IMG/VR virus record: IMGVR_UViG_3300045971_000431
Span: 23,756-87,755 of that record
Length of the DNA: 64,000 nt
Source: a virus
Reading direction: 5' to 3' (one strand)
The notes beneath the pieces were generated by a model. That model saw only the letters and a program-made list of their open reading frames with translations. It had not been told where the DNA came from and did no database searches. The translations under genes were made by a program, and so were the position numbers. Of this stretch, positions 52,029-60,458 are shown piece after piece. The stretch's first letter is position 1, and each line of letters opens with the position of its first letter.

Positions 52029-53906
52029 TCAACCGATCAAGAATGAGACGTTGCCCTTGCCGACCAGACCACCGTATTCGTAGTTGAGCAGCTCTTCCTT
52101 CAGCTCGGTCATGTCTTGACGGGCTTCAGAGACCAGCATTTCGCCGTTAAGGTTGATCGGACCATTAGCTCCTGGAGTACCAGAGCTAAACTTTGAACGA
52201 ATCATTCCAAGCTGCATCTTGCACTCAGCAAGTGCCCAGTTCTGCATGTACTGCTTGCAGTACCGATCGAGCAAGAGTTCCTGCTCGGTGCGTTCCATGT
52301 AGCATTCGAGAATGACCTTCTCATTGCGTGCAATACGGCGAGTGATCATGAGCTCACGTGATGGCTCATCCCATAGGAAGGTCAAGTCACCAGCGAAGAT
52401 CCGCTGGAAGTCCTCAGACAGCGAGTGCATCATGTGGATGGACAGGATGTCGGTGTAGCCTGACGAGTAGTACTGGTTCAGGAACGTCTGGAAGTAGATG
52501 TTGCTGTCCCAGTTCAGGGAGTTGGCACCAAGAATGTTCAGGCGGTGGATCTTGTTGACAGCAACGATGCGATCAGTTCCATCAGTGGCTGAGTTCAGGT
52601 AGTAGAGTTGCTGACCTTCCATGACCGTGTACATCACGTACTTCATCGTGTAGGCAGCATCTGACAACTGGCGGTAGTTGTCGAGAGCGTTGTCGATGGC
52701 AACGTTGAAGTGTTCTTCCTTCAGTTCGACGCACTGCACGGGCCAACCGAGCTGGGTCTTCAGCACCTTGATGAGACGAAGACGTTCATCGTAGGAACCG
52801 TCGGTACCGATAGATGTCTTGTCTGTAGATGGAGTGCCTTGCTGGTCAGTGTTTGCTTGGATCCAGGTGGAGCCGTTGAAGACGTTCAGCACCTTCGTCG
52901 AGGTGTTGTAGAAGAGTTGACCAAGATACGGAGCGGCCAATGGCACCGACTCAGCGTAGATTGCGGTCGTGAATGCTGGCGTCAGCGGTGGCTTGTTGAA
53001 GAGAGAATTGGCTGATGTTGGGTAGACCCAAGAACTACCATCCCAGAACTGAGCACGTTGCAGTGAGTAGTTCCAGATGAAGTCGCCTACAGCCGGAGTT
53101 TCTGGCACCTTGATAACGCCTGCAACCGTGCCCAGCGGAATCCACGTTGGGCCTGGAGCCATGAAGGAAAGGTTCGTTGCATCACAGGTAATCCATTTGG
53201 TGCCATCAAAGACCTTCAGCTGGTTCAAGCCTGTGTAGAAGTAGACTTGCCCCAGGGTGCCCGGGTTGTAGGGGCCCGAGATGATGGCATCTGCACGGGT
53301 GGGAGTCCACTGCGAACCATTCCAGTACTGGACCAGGTTCATGCCTCTGTCGTGGTAGACAAAGCCAGGAGATGGGGAGGTCGGCGCTTCTGGCAGAGAT
53401 GGGATGTTGCCAGTGTAGGACGAGCTGTCCTTCTCGACGCGAGATGCTTCCAGTGGGTAGGACTGGATGCCGATCGGGTAGTACTGGAGAACGTTCGTGC
53501 AAGCGTGCACCGACGCGTAGTAGAGAGTGTTCGCTACTGTGTTGGTGACCGTGACCGTGAAGGACGAGAAGCCGGTGTCGATGTTTGCCACACCTGGCAG
53601 CGGGTTGTTCAGAATGCCAGAGTAGAACCCCACGACGTGCGCGCCATCAGCTCCTTCGATACGAGAAGCTGGGACCGCCAAATCGGTGCTTGCGGTGTAC
53701 TGGGTACCATCGTCTGGATAGTTGACCGAGCTGACAGCTCGATCATTGATCGTGATGACTGCGCCATCAACCGTCTCGAGAACTGTCGGGTAGGTGACAG
53801 TGAGAGCGATCGTGGTTGGTGTTGGACGGGAGATGGCCAGCGTGAACTGCCGAGCTTCAATCCAAAGGTCATGGGTTGTCTTTGCTGTGAGATCTGATGC
53901 GGCCAT
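52029..53906 (-). CDS. Neck protein (gp13-like) with N-terminal fibre-like extension
   Basis: LGWP...VEL..EH, WALAECK.QLG.IRSKF, LNG..L..EA, FLIG. Confidence 0.88.
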   Translation of the reverse strand: MAASDLTAKTTHDLWIEARQFTLAISRPTPTTIALTVTYPTVLETVDGAVITINDRAVSSVNYPDDGTQYTASTDLAVPASRIEGADGAHVVGFYSGILNNPLPGVANIDTGFSSFTVTVTNTVANTLYYASVHACTNVLQYYPIGIQSYPLEASRVEKDSSSYTGNIPSLPEAPTSPSPGFVYHDRGMNLVQYWNGSQWTPTRADAIISGPYNPGTLGQVYFYTGLNQLKVFDGTKWITCDATNLSFMAPGPTWIPLGTVAGVIKVPETPAVGDFIWNYSLQRAQFWDGSSWVYPTSANSLFNKPPLTPAFTTAIYAESVPLAAPYLGQLFYNTSTKVLNVFNGSTWIQANTDQQGTPSTDKTSIGTDGSYDERLRLIKVLKTQLGWPVQCVELKEEHFNVAIDNALDNYRQLSDAAYTMKYVMYTVMEGQQLYYLNSATDGTDRIVAVNKIHRLNILGANSLNWDSNIYFQTFLNQYYSSGYTDILSIHMMHSLSEDFQRIFAGDLTFLWDEPSRELMITRRIARNEKVILECYMERTEQELLLDRYCKQYMQNWALAECKMQLGMIRSKFSSGTPGANGPINLNGEMLVSEARQDMTELKEELLNYEYGGLVGKGNVSFLIG

Positions 53907-53937
53907 GGAAAGTTCCGGTGACGGTTGTGCCAGATCC

Positions 53938-53974
53938 TATTTATGGCCCACCTGCCTCCCACCCACCGTAAATA
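53938..53974. promoter_or_regulatory. Back-to-back late promoters
   Basis: ATAAATA on minus (53938..53944) and TAAATA on plus (53969..53974). Confidence 0.7.
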
Positions 53975-53979
53975 GGCGC

Positions 53980-54357
53980 ATGCAATATCCATTCACGCTC
54001 CACACCTTCCGACCAACCGAAACTATCGATGCGGTGATTCGGCTATTAGGTCGCCACAGCTTGACCCACGCAGAGCTTGCTCACATGCGGGTGGTCTTCA
54101 ATGACCTGAACGGTAAGGTCGTCCCAAGACCAGGAATGACCTACAAGATCCCGCTGCCGATGGAAGTGACAGACGACTACGGCAACGTGATCGATCTACC
54201 GAAGCCAGAGCTTCCAGAGAATGAGTCGATTACCGCCCCAATCGACTCACCGGTTGAGTCGATTACCGTAGTCCCTGAGCCGGTTGTAGAGCCGCCCAAA
54301 GCAGAGGACCCGCCGAAGCAGGTCCGTGTCAAGCCAGTGCTGCAGATCTTTACTTGA
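53980..54357 (+). CDS. LysM-like domain protein with Pro/Glu-rich tail
   Basis: HTFRPTETIDAV...FNDLN...PRPGMTYKIP; TAAATA-N5-ATG. Confidence 0.65.
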   Translation: MQYPFTLHTFRPTETIDAVIRLLGRHSLTHAELAHMRVVFNDLNGKVVPRPGMTYKIPLPMEVTDDYGNVIDLPKPELPENESITAPIDSPVESITVVPEPVVEPPKAEDPPKQVRVKPVLQIFT

Positions 54358-54691
54358 GTGCTTCGGCCTTGATGGCGTTGGTAATTTCCTGAAGCATCTG
54401 CAGGCGGTTCGCCGTGAACCGACCCATGGTGTCATGCGGCATCTCGATCATCGATTGGCTTAGAAGTGCCTGATACCAGATGATGGTCCATGTCAAGCAG
54501 TTGTCATCGAGTTCGTCGATGAACGCTGCAATCCCCACACGTGTTGGTTCAATCTCGATGCGACTGCCCATCTTGACAATGAGGCAGTCCTTGTAGAGCC
54601 GAGTCGCCACGTTGACTGGTGCCCGTGGATTCTGCTGTGCCATCGCCATTGTAGCAACGCACAGCAGAAGACCAGCGATGAGGTGCTTCAT
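54350..54691 (-). CDS. Secreted hypothetical protein
   Basis: Signal peptide MKHLIAGLLLCVATMAMA. Confidence 0.65.
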   Translation of the reverse strand: MKHLIAGLLLCVATMAMAQQNPRAPVNVATRLYKDCLIVKMGSRIEIEPTRVGIAAFIDELDDNCLTWTIIWYQALLSQSMIEMPHDTMGRFTANRLQMLQEITNAIKAEALK

Positions 54692-54876
54692 GCAGCCAAC
54701 TGTTCAGGCGTCATTGGCCGCTTCTTGTACTCGACTGGCAAATTGCCGATGTGCTCGAAACGCAGCGGCGCAATGTGCTTGTCGCAGTTGAAACCGAGAT
54801 GAGAGCCGGTCAGCGACAGAAGTTCCGTCGTGGCCTCGTTCTCACAGGGTGGAACGCAGGGTGCGGTGCACTTCAT
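54688..54876 (-). CDS. Small Cys-containing hypothetical protein
   Basis: C..C..C...CDKH; ATGA-coupled. Confidence 0.55.
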   Translation of the reverse strand: MKCTAPCVPPCENEATTELLSLTGSHLGFNCDKHIAPLRFEHIGNLPVEYKKRPMTPEQLAA

Positions 54877-55451
54877 GACAGCACGTTCCGCACGATCTTG
54901 GCGATGTTGAAGGCATCGTCGCAGCCGTTGTGGTGCTTGCCCTCGAGGGTCTCACCGATCTTGGCCAGCATGCGGTCCATGCCCATCTCGCGGTCCAGCT
55001 TGTGCTTCAGCGCAAACATCGTCTTGATGTTCATGTGCGCACGCATGTAGGCGAACGGGTTGGCATCGCGCCGAACCCCGTACAGGCCGCCCACGCTGGC
55101 TTTGCCGTCACAGCCGAGCTTGATCTTGTCGTACTCGCCGCAGGAGAACCACACGTGGTTCTTGGTGATGCCGTAGTCAGCAGCGATCGCGCGCAGGGTG
55201 TCATGAATGTCGGCACCAGCGTCCACGTCCTCTTGCGTCCAGCCCGTCAGCTTCGTACAGAAGGGCGAGACCTTTGTAAAGCGCGGCTTGATCACGTACC
55301 CCGATGGATCGAGGATGTTTCCGGTCTTGGTCTCGAGCACGCAGATGCCGACCTCGATGACCTCGTTGGGCTGGTCCCCTTGTTCTTCCTTGGTTTCCCA
55401 GCATGTTGCCTCAACGTCGGCAACAAAGACGTAGCGAAGTTCAGCGCCCAT
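54873..55451 (-). CDS. DEDDh 3'-5' exonuclease (ERI-1/KapD-like)
   Basis: DVEATC, EVIEVG, FCTKLTG, GEYD, HHNGCDDA. Confidence 0.9.
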   Translation of the reverse strand: MGAELRYVFVADVEATCWETKEEQGDQPNEVIEVGICVLETKTGNILDPSGYVIKPRFTKVSPFCTKLTGWTQEDVDAGADIHDTLRAIAADYGITKNHVWFSCGEYDKIKLGCDGKASVGGLYGVRRDANPFAYMRAHMNIKTMFALKHKLDREMGMDRMLAKIGETLEGKHHNGCDDAFNIAKIVRNVLS

Positions 55452-55858
55452 TAGGAAAGCTCCTTGAATCGTGTGAAGGCCATGAAGGCCCGGCTGTTGT
55501 AGTTGGCGAATGGCGAGATGTCTCGCTTGGAAAGCTCTTCAGGCCAGAACCAGTCAAGGCTCAGACCTTCTTCAGGTCGCAGTGATCCTGGATTGACACG
55601 TGCATCACACAGATAGGTGGTGCACCAGTAGTTGACTGCACCAGGACAGACCTCGGTGTAGATGGGGATCAGCTCGGGCGCGAAGAGGTTGACGCCGGTT
55701 TCCTCGCGCATCTCGCGGAGGGCAGCTTCGACGTTGCTCTCGCCAAAATCTACCTTGCCGCCCGGCAATCCCCACAGGTTTGGGTTGTCGCGACGGTTGA
55801 TGGCAAGAACCTTGGCGCCGTGCGGATCGAACAGGAGGAGTGCGACTGCTGTCTTCAT
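55451..55858 (-). CDS. Nudix hydrolase
   Basis: GGKVDFGESNVEAALREMREETGV Nudix box. Confidence 0.93.
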   Translation of the reverse strand: MKTAVALLLFDPHGAKVLAINRRDNPNLWGLPGGKVDFGESNVEAALREMREETGVNLFAPELIPIYTEVCPGAVNYWCTTYLCDARVNPGSLRPEEGLSLDWFWPEELSKRDISPFANYNSRAFMAFTRFKELS

Positions 55859-56103
55859 GAATGCTCCGGCGCCGCTTGGTATTGCTCTTCGTTGTAGGTC
55901 TCGATGACCTGTCGTTCCACCATGAGCTGCATGCGCTCAGCTTGGATGGCGTTGAAAACACCGTGGGCGATCTGTGCAGCACCATTGACCCGCAGCTTGG
56001 CCTCGTAGGTCATGGACCGTTGGCTCAGCTCGTTGGCCATGCGGGCCAGACAGAAGAGCCGTCCCTCAATCCACTGTAGACGTTCGTTGGAAAATGGAGA
56101 CAT
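55855..56103 (-). CDS. Hypothetical protein
   Basis: Start at MSPFS with SD GAGG. Confidence 0.55.
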   Translation of the reverse strand: MSPFSNERLQWIEGRLFCLARMANELSQRSMTYEAKLRVNGAAQIAHGVFNAIQAERMQLMVERQVIETYNEEQYQAAPEHS

Positions 56104-56761
56104 CTTGTCCCTCCAGAGAATGTTGGAACCACTTGGGGACAGGGGTGTCTGTCCAGCGGGCGAAACGGGCTTTCGCCCCAACGTAGAAGCGACGATACGC
56201 CTCCACCACATCTTCATGCTTGTATTCATCTGGCATTGATTGTGGGTGAGGGGTCAGCAGGCCCCGGGGAATGTTGTGTGGTGCCGTACGCAGGAGCGGA
56301 ACCAGCTTCTGGGCAGAATGCACTTTACGGTATCGAACAGTGTATTCGTCGAGGACGCCTTCAAAAAGCTGTATGAGCCAATGGTAGTTGGCATCCGTGG
56401 CGCGAGCCCACATTGAACATGGATGGTTGGCATGCGTTACCTGGTAGCATATCTGGTTTTTCACAGCCCATTTTTGGATGAAGTGCGGCATCGACATCAG
56501 CTCAGGATCATAGAGATGCTCGCCGATCATCTCGCATGAAACGTACGGGGTCTCACCCTCGAAGAGCCAGAACTTCTTCGGCTTTTTCCTGTCGTACACC
56601 GACACCTGTCTGTCGTCTTGCGCAACGACCAACGTGCCGTCCAACAGCCGATGGGCTGTCGAGAGCAGCTGCCCGTATTCGAGGATCATTTTCACCACGT
56701 GCTTGTCGCAGTGCATGCGAGCGGCAACACGGGGTACCTGATCTAGACAGAATATGTTCAT
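56066..56761 (-). CDS. Pyrimidine-dimer DNA glycosylase/DenV-superfamily-like protein
   Basis: MNIF.LD...HCDKHVVKMILE..QLLST, H.NHPC..W, AYR.FY. Confidence 0.75.
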   Translation of the reverse strand: MNIFCLDQVPRVAARMHCDKHVVKMILEYGQLLSTAHRLLDGTLVVAQDDRQVSVYDRKKPKKFWLFEGETPYVSCEMIGEHLYDPELMSMPHFIQKWAVKNQICYQVTHANHPCSMWARATDANYHWLIQLFEGVLDEYTVRYRKVHSAQKLVPLLRTAPHNIPRGLLTPHPQSMPDEYKHEDVVEAYRRFYVGAKARFARWTDTPVPKWFQHSLEGQDVSIFQRTSTVD

Positions 56762-56801
56762 GGTGCCATTGTATCACAATGGCCGACCTACGGACAGAAA
56801 G

Positions 56802-57695
56802 TTATAGTCTGACCAGCGCGTAGCCGTTGTAGGCAGAGCTGAATGTAACCGTGAATGAGTTGGCGTTGGTGAACGTCACATCGCTTGGGATGATCGGCTT
56901 GTGAACACCACCACCCACATCAACGAAGAACTGGCACATCACCACGTACGGAGCCGCAGCATTCAGGTTGTGGGTGATCGTCCAGGTTGCGCCTGAACCT
57001 GCCACCTTGGCGCTGGAAGCTGGTGCAAAGGCCGCCGAGTTCACGACCTGCCAGCCTGCAGTGTAGACCTTCAGGAGACCAACAGTGGTGTCGAACCACA
57101 GCTGACCGATGACGGCTGGTGTTGGAGCCGTGGCTGATGCAAAGTTCTGCAGAAGCTCGGCGTAGTTTTGGTTGAAGACCTCGCCCCAACCAGAGAAGTT
57201 GCGACCGACGTATTCAAGACCGTCTTGTTCGACTGTCACGCCTGGCGGAATCACAACAGCACTTGCACCGCCTGTATGGAAGATGTAGTACGTGCTGACG
57301 TTGGTGACGTAGCCAACGTTGACATCGCCTGGGGTAATCGGTGCACCGATCGGTTCGTTCACACGAACTGTCGTTGAAGCGCCTGCGAAGAGCGAACTGC
57401 CAAGTGCCGGAGGAACCGTGCCAACTGGTGTGTAGACAGTGTAGCGACCTGCGTAGGAGACGTTCTCGACAACTTCAAACTGAGTTGCCTCGATCAGCTG
57501 ATATCCCGTTGGTGCCGAAGCTGCAGTGTAGAAGGCTTGCGTGCCAAAAGGTGTTGCCGTCTGACGGTAGAACTTTCCTTGGAAGACCGCTTCCCAGTTG
57601 CCAGAGACATTATCCGTGGTCGCACCGATGACAAGGGTGCCTGGAACTCCGACGCTAGACGGAGAGATGCTGACGATTGGAATGCGGCGTGCCAT
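56802..57695 (-). CDS. Virion structural protein
   Basis: VGRNFSGWGE..NQN...LLQNFA, GQLWFDT, WTITHNL; ATAAATA at 57721..57727. Confidence 0.75.
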   Translation of the reverse strand: MARRIPIVSISPSSVGVPGTLVIGATTDNVSGNWEAVFQGKFYRQTATPFGTQAFYTAASAPTGYQLIEATQFEVVENVSYAGRYTVYTPVGTVPPALGSSLFAGASTTVRVNEPIGAPITPGDVNVGYVTNVSTYYIFHTGGASAVVIPPGVTVEQDGLEYVGRNFSGWGEVFNQNYAELLQNFASATAPTPAVIGQLWFDTTVGLLKVYTAGWQVVNSAAFAPASSAKVAGSGATWTITHNLNAAAPYVVMCQFFVDVGGGVHKPIIPSDVTFTNANSFTVTFSSAYNGYALVRL

Positions 57696-57723
57696 AGTCT
57701 ACCTACGAGATGTTGTCAGGTAT

Positions 57724-58068
57724 TTATGGCTCTGTCCAGTTGCCCGGTGGGTCGGGCTTGTACACACGAACTTGGTGGTGCAGCCAGTCCCAGATCTTGT
57801 GGTGCTTGATCTTCTTGCGCTCGTCGAGCTGTGCCTGAAGCACGTCACGATTGAGCAGCATGAAGTCGAGAGCCACGAGGATGTCAGCGATCTCGCGCGT
57901 CAGCCGATCACGATTCGTGCCGTTGTATTCCTCGTACGGGTTGACACTCTCGTAGCCGTGGCGAAGGATCTTGCCAATGATCTGGATGGCCTCACCACAC
58001 TCCTCAGCGAGGAGGCCGAGACGCTCGACTTCAGCATCGCTGAGACCGTTGGAGAAAGGTTCGCTCAT
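57724..58068 (-). CDS. MazG-like NTP pyrophosphohydrolase
   Basis: LAEECGE...EIAD. Confidence 0.8.
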   Translation of the reverse strand: MSEPFSNGLSDAEVERLGLLAEECGEAIQIIGKILRHGYESVNPYEEYNGTNRDRLTREIADILVALDFMLLNRDVLQAQLDERKKIKHHKIWDWLHHQVRVYKPDPPGNWTEP

Positions 58069-58274
58069 TACCAGCTTTCGATGTCGGTTATGTCTTCTGA
58101 GATGGTCTCGCCAGAGCGCTTGCTGTGCGCAGTGATCGTCACTGGCACACCAATGCCGTTGCTCGGTCCGAACACATACGCCCACTGCCCGCTGTCATGG
58201 TACGTCAACAGCTGAACATCGAGACGCTTGAGGAACTTTGCAGCGCGTTCTTGTTCAAGTGGAGTAAGCTTCAT
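58068..58274 (-). CDS. Hypothetical protein
   Basis: F.P.NGIG...EDITDIESW. Confidence 0.65.
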   Translation of the reverse strand: MKLTPLEQERAAKFLKRLDVQLLTYHDSGQWAYVFGPSNGIGVPVTITAHSKRSGETISEDITDIESW

Positions 58275-58726
58275 TTCGAGATCCCAAATCCGATCCAGAT
58301 GGTGGTTGTTTCGTCGATCATGAACTGCGTGAGTTCGACGGTGACAGAGTGATCACGGTACGGCATCACCACGAAGTCACCAGGCTTCATGCCCATGAAC
58401 GGCGAGCGCAGTTCCACGTTGTACATGTGGAGCCAGTTGCCTTGCTCGGGCAGATCAATCCAAGGGTGGAAGTCCAATTGGGCTTCCGAGATCTGCATCT
58501 TGTAGGCCTTGATTGGGGTGGCTGGCCTTGGCGGTGGTGGGTAAGGGTAGCCAGGCAGATCGGCCACGTACTTACCATCGAGACACATCATGATCGGACC
58601 CGTCATGTCTTCGCCACGACGCAGCCGCGGATTTTGGCCGATGAGGATGTTGGCGATCCAATCCTTCTGAGCGGCTTGACGATCTGTCTTGTCAGTCTCG
58701 AGGGCGCGGAATTCCTGGAGGTTCAT
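58271..58726 (-). CDS. Hypothetical protein
   Basis: ATGA-coupled. Confidence 0.65.
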   Translation of the reverse strand: MNLQEFRALETDKTDRQAAQKDWIANILIGQNPRLRRGEDMTGPIMMCLDGKYVADLPGYPYPPPPRPATPIKAYKMQISEAQLDFHPWIDLPEQGNWLHMYNVELRSPFMGMKPGDFVVMPYRDHSVTVELTQFMIDETTTIWIGFGISK

Positions 58727-59193
58727 TCGAACACCTTGCGAAGGGTGCCCACATTGTCTTCGTGGGTCGGTGAGGTCCAGCCTTCTGGCTTGATCAGGTC
58801 AGGGAGACCGAACGGATTCGGACGACCTGGCTTTACGCCTGGCGACTTCTCCATGTTCTTCTCGTGAACACGGGCCCATGCCTCGTACGCATCCACGTGG
58901 AACACATCGAGTGTGCCGATGCCGAACACGCACATGTCGATGATCGCGTCGACAACACCGTCAGCGTCGCCTTCAGCAAGGGCTTGCCTTGCTTCGGTCA
59001 GCTCTTCATGGAGCATGTCCAGGCGGAACTTCAGGTACGTGCGAAGCTTTTCCTTGTCGAACGTGTCGACGATCTCACGCACGCCAAACTTCGCGTGCAT
59101 GCTGCGAATGTCATCGACCCAGTCACCTTCGACGGTGAACTCGATAAAATTGCCGTTGTCAAAAGTCATGATTGCTCCTGTTGGTAGGAGCAT
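58723..59193 (-). CDS. MazG-like (PRA-PH type) NTP pyrophosphohydrolase
   Basis: EELTE...DAIID...VH.KNM.K...KPEGW.SP; alternative SD-led start at 59169. Confidence 0.85.
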   Translation of the reverse strand: MLLPTGAIMTFDNGNFIEFTVEGDWVDDIRSMHAKFGVREIVDTFDKEKLRTYLKFRLDMLHEELTEARQALAEGDADGVVDAIIDMCVFGIGTLDVFHVDAYEAWARVHEKNMEKSPGVKPGRPNPFGLPDLIKPEGWTSPTHEDNVGTLRKVFE

Positions 59194-59220
59194 GGGTGTA
59201 TTGTAACCCATGCTCTGGAA

Positions 59221-59745
59221 TTATGGACCTGTTGGCAGGTCAAGAAACCAGCTTACCCCTGGCTTGTTGCGCAGGGTTCGTAGATTGATCGACCAAGGTG
59301 CTTCCTCGCGATCAGTCTCTTCGCAGTAGACAGTGCGCCCCTCTTCAAATCGTCTGATCGCGTAGTGAAGCATCGCAGTGTTGAAACTGAAGAAGCACAT
59401 CAACTGTGTGTCGGTGCCAACACGACGATAGACTGGATAGACGCAGTTGCGCCGCTCTTGTTCTAGCTTCTCCCGATGGGAGAGATAGACGCAGCAGCCG
59501 TACTTGCTAGGGAAGGCCAGCTTCGTGTCAGCGATCTGCCCAGTGTCTGCGCACTCGGCATCCCATCTGCAGTTGGACTCTGGTGGAATGATGAACCGAT
59601 CACCGTAGATGAACTTGCCGGTGGCTTTCCAGGCTGCATCATGGTTCAACCCGATCTGGCGATTATCCAACCGCCATACAAAAGGCGAATGTTCCAAGCA
59701 GCCGAAGTCAGGGTGCAACCAGAACTCAACCGAATCGGCCGACAT
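59221..59745 (-). CDS. Hypothetical protein
   Basis: Start at MSADS. Confidence 0.55.
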   Translation of the reverse strand: MSADSVEFWLHPDFGCLEHSPFVWRLDNRQIGLNHDAAWKATGKFIYGDRFIIPPESNCRWDAECADTGQIADTKLAFPSKYGCCVYLSHREKLEQERRNCVYPVYRRVGTDTQLMCFFSFNTAMLHYAIRRFEEGRTVYCEETDREEAPWSINLRTLRNKPGVSWFLDLPTGP

Positions 59746-59998
59746 GATCTTCGTCTTCGTACTTGACCACCTTGCCGCAGAGCGTACAGGTCCAAGTGTG
59801 CGTGGTTGATGCGCAGTAGTCGTAGCCACCGCTGTGGTACATGCTGTCGTGTTTCGTGTCCTCATGAGGACATGCAGTCTGCAGCGCTTCAACAGCGGTG
59901 TCAAACTTCTGTTGCAAGACAGCGCCACGCAGGTTGTGAATGGCAAGCGCGATACGCGCCACCTCTACGACATCAACGAGTTCAGGAATTTCTTTCAT
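59726..59998 (-). CDS. Hypothetical zinc-ribbon protein
   Basis: CPH...CTLCG; TACAAT-N6-ATG. Confidence 0.65.
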   Translation of the reverse strand: MKEIPELVDVVEVARIALAIHNLRGAVLQQKFDTAVEALQTACPHEDTKHDSMYHSGGYDYCASTTHTWTCTLCGKVVKYEDEDHVGRFG

Positions 59999-60037
59999 GG
60001 AGCAATTGTAACACTGCTCCCGAAAGTTGTAACCTGG

Positions 60038-60457
60038 TTATAGGACGAACGTGATGTTCTCTGCGATGGGCCCAAGGTCAACTGAGGCAACACCTGCCTT
60101 GAGCTTGTCCGCGTTGACTGGGAATCCCGCCTGCTTCAGAAGACTGATCTCGTAGATAGCGGTGTCCTTGCGATACTCTTGGTCGAACAGCCAGTCAGTT
60201 GAGTCGAGGTGGAGCTTCTTGCAAAGTGCCCATACTGAACGCATTTTCGCGCGCTGCTTGGGCGCGGTCTCTGACGTGATCAGCGCCACAAAGCAAGGAT
60301 TCTTATCGTCAAGGTGGATGTTGATCTCGTAGCCCAGGAAGTCTGTGCCAATCTCTTCGAACATGATGCCGATGTACTCAGCGAAGAACTTGCCGATCAC
60401 AAAGGACAACACGTTGTCGGGAACGATCTCATTCTCGAAGAGCTCTTTGACTCGCAT
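60038..60457 (-). CDS. Putative internal head protein
   Basis: MRVKELFENE; paralog of 60459..60890. Confidence 0.65.
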   Translation of the reverse strand: MRVKELFENEIVPDNVLSFVIGKFFAEYIGIMFEEIGTDFLGYEINIHLDDKNPCFVALITSETAPKQRAKMRSVWALCKKLHLDSTDWLFDQEYRKDTAIYEISLLKQAGFPVNADKLKAGVASVDLGPIAENITFVL

Positions 60458-60458
60458 A

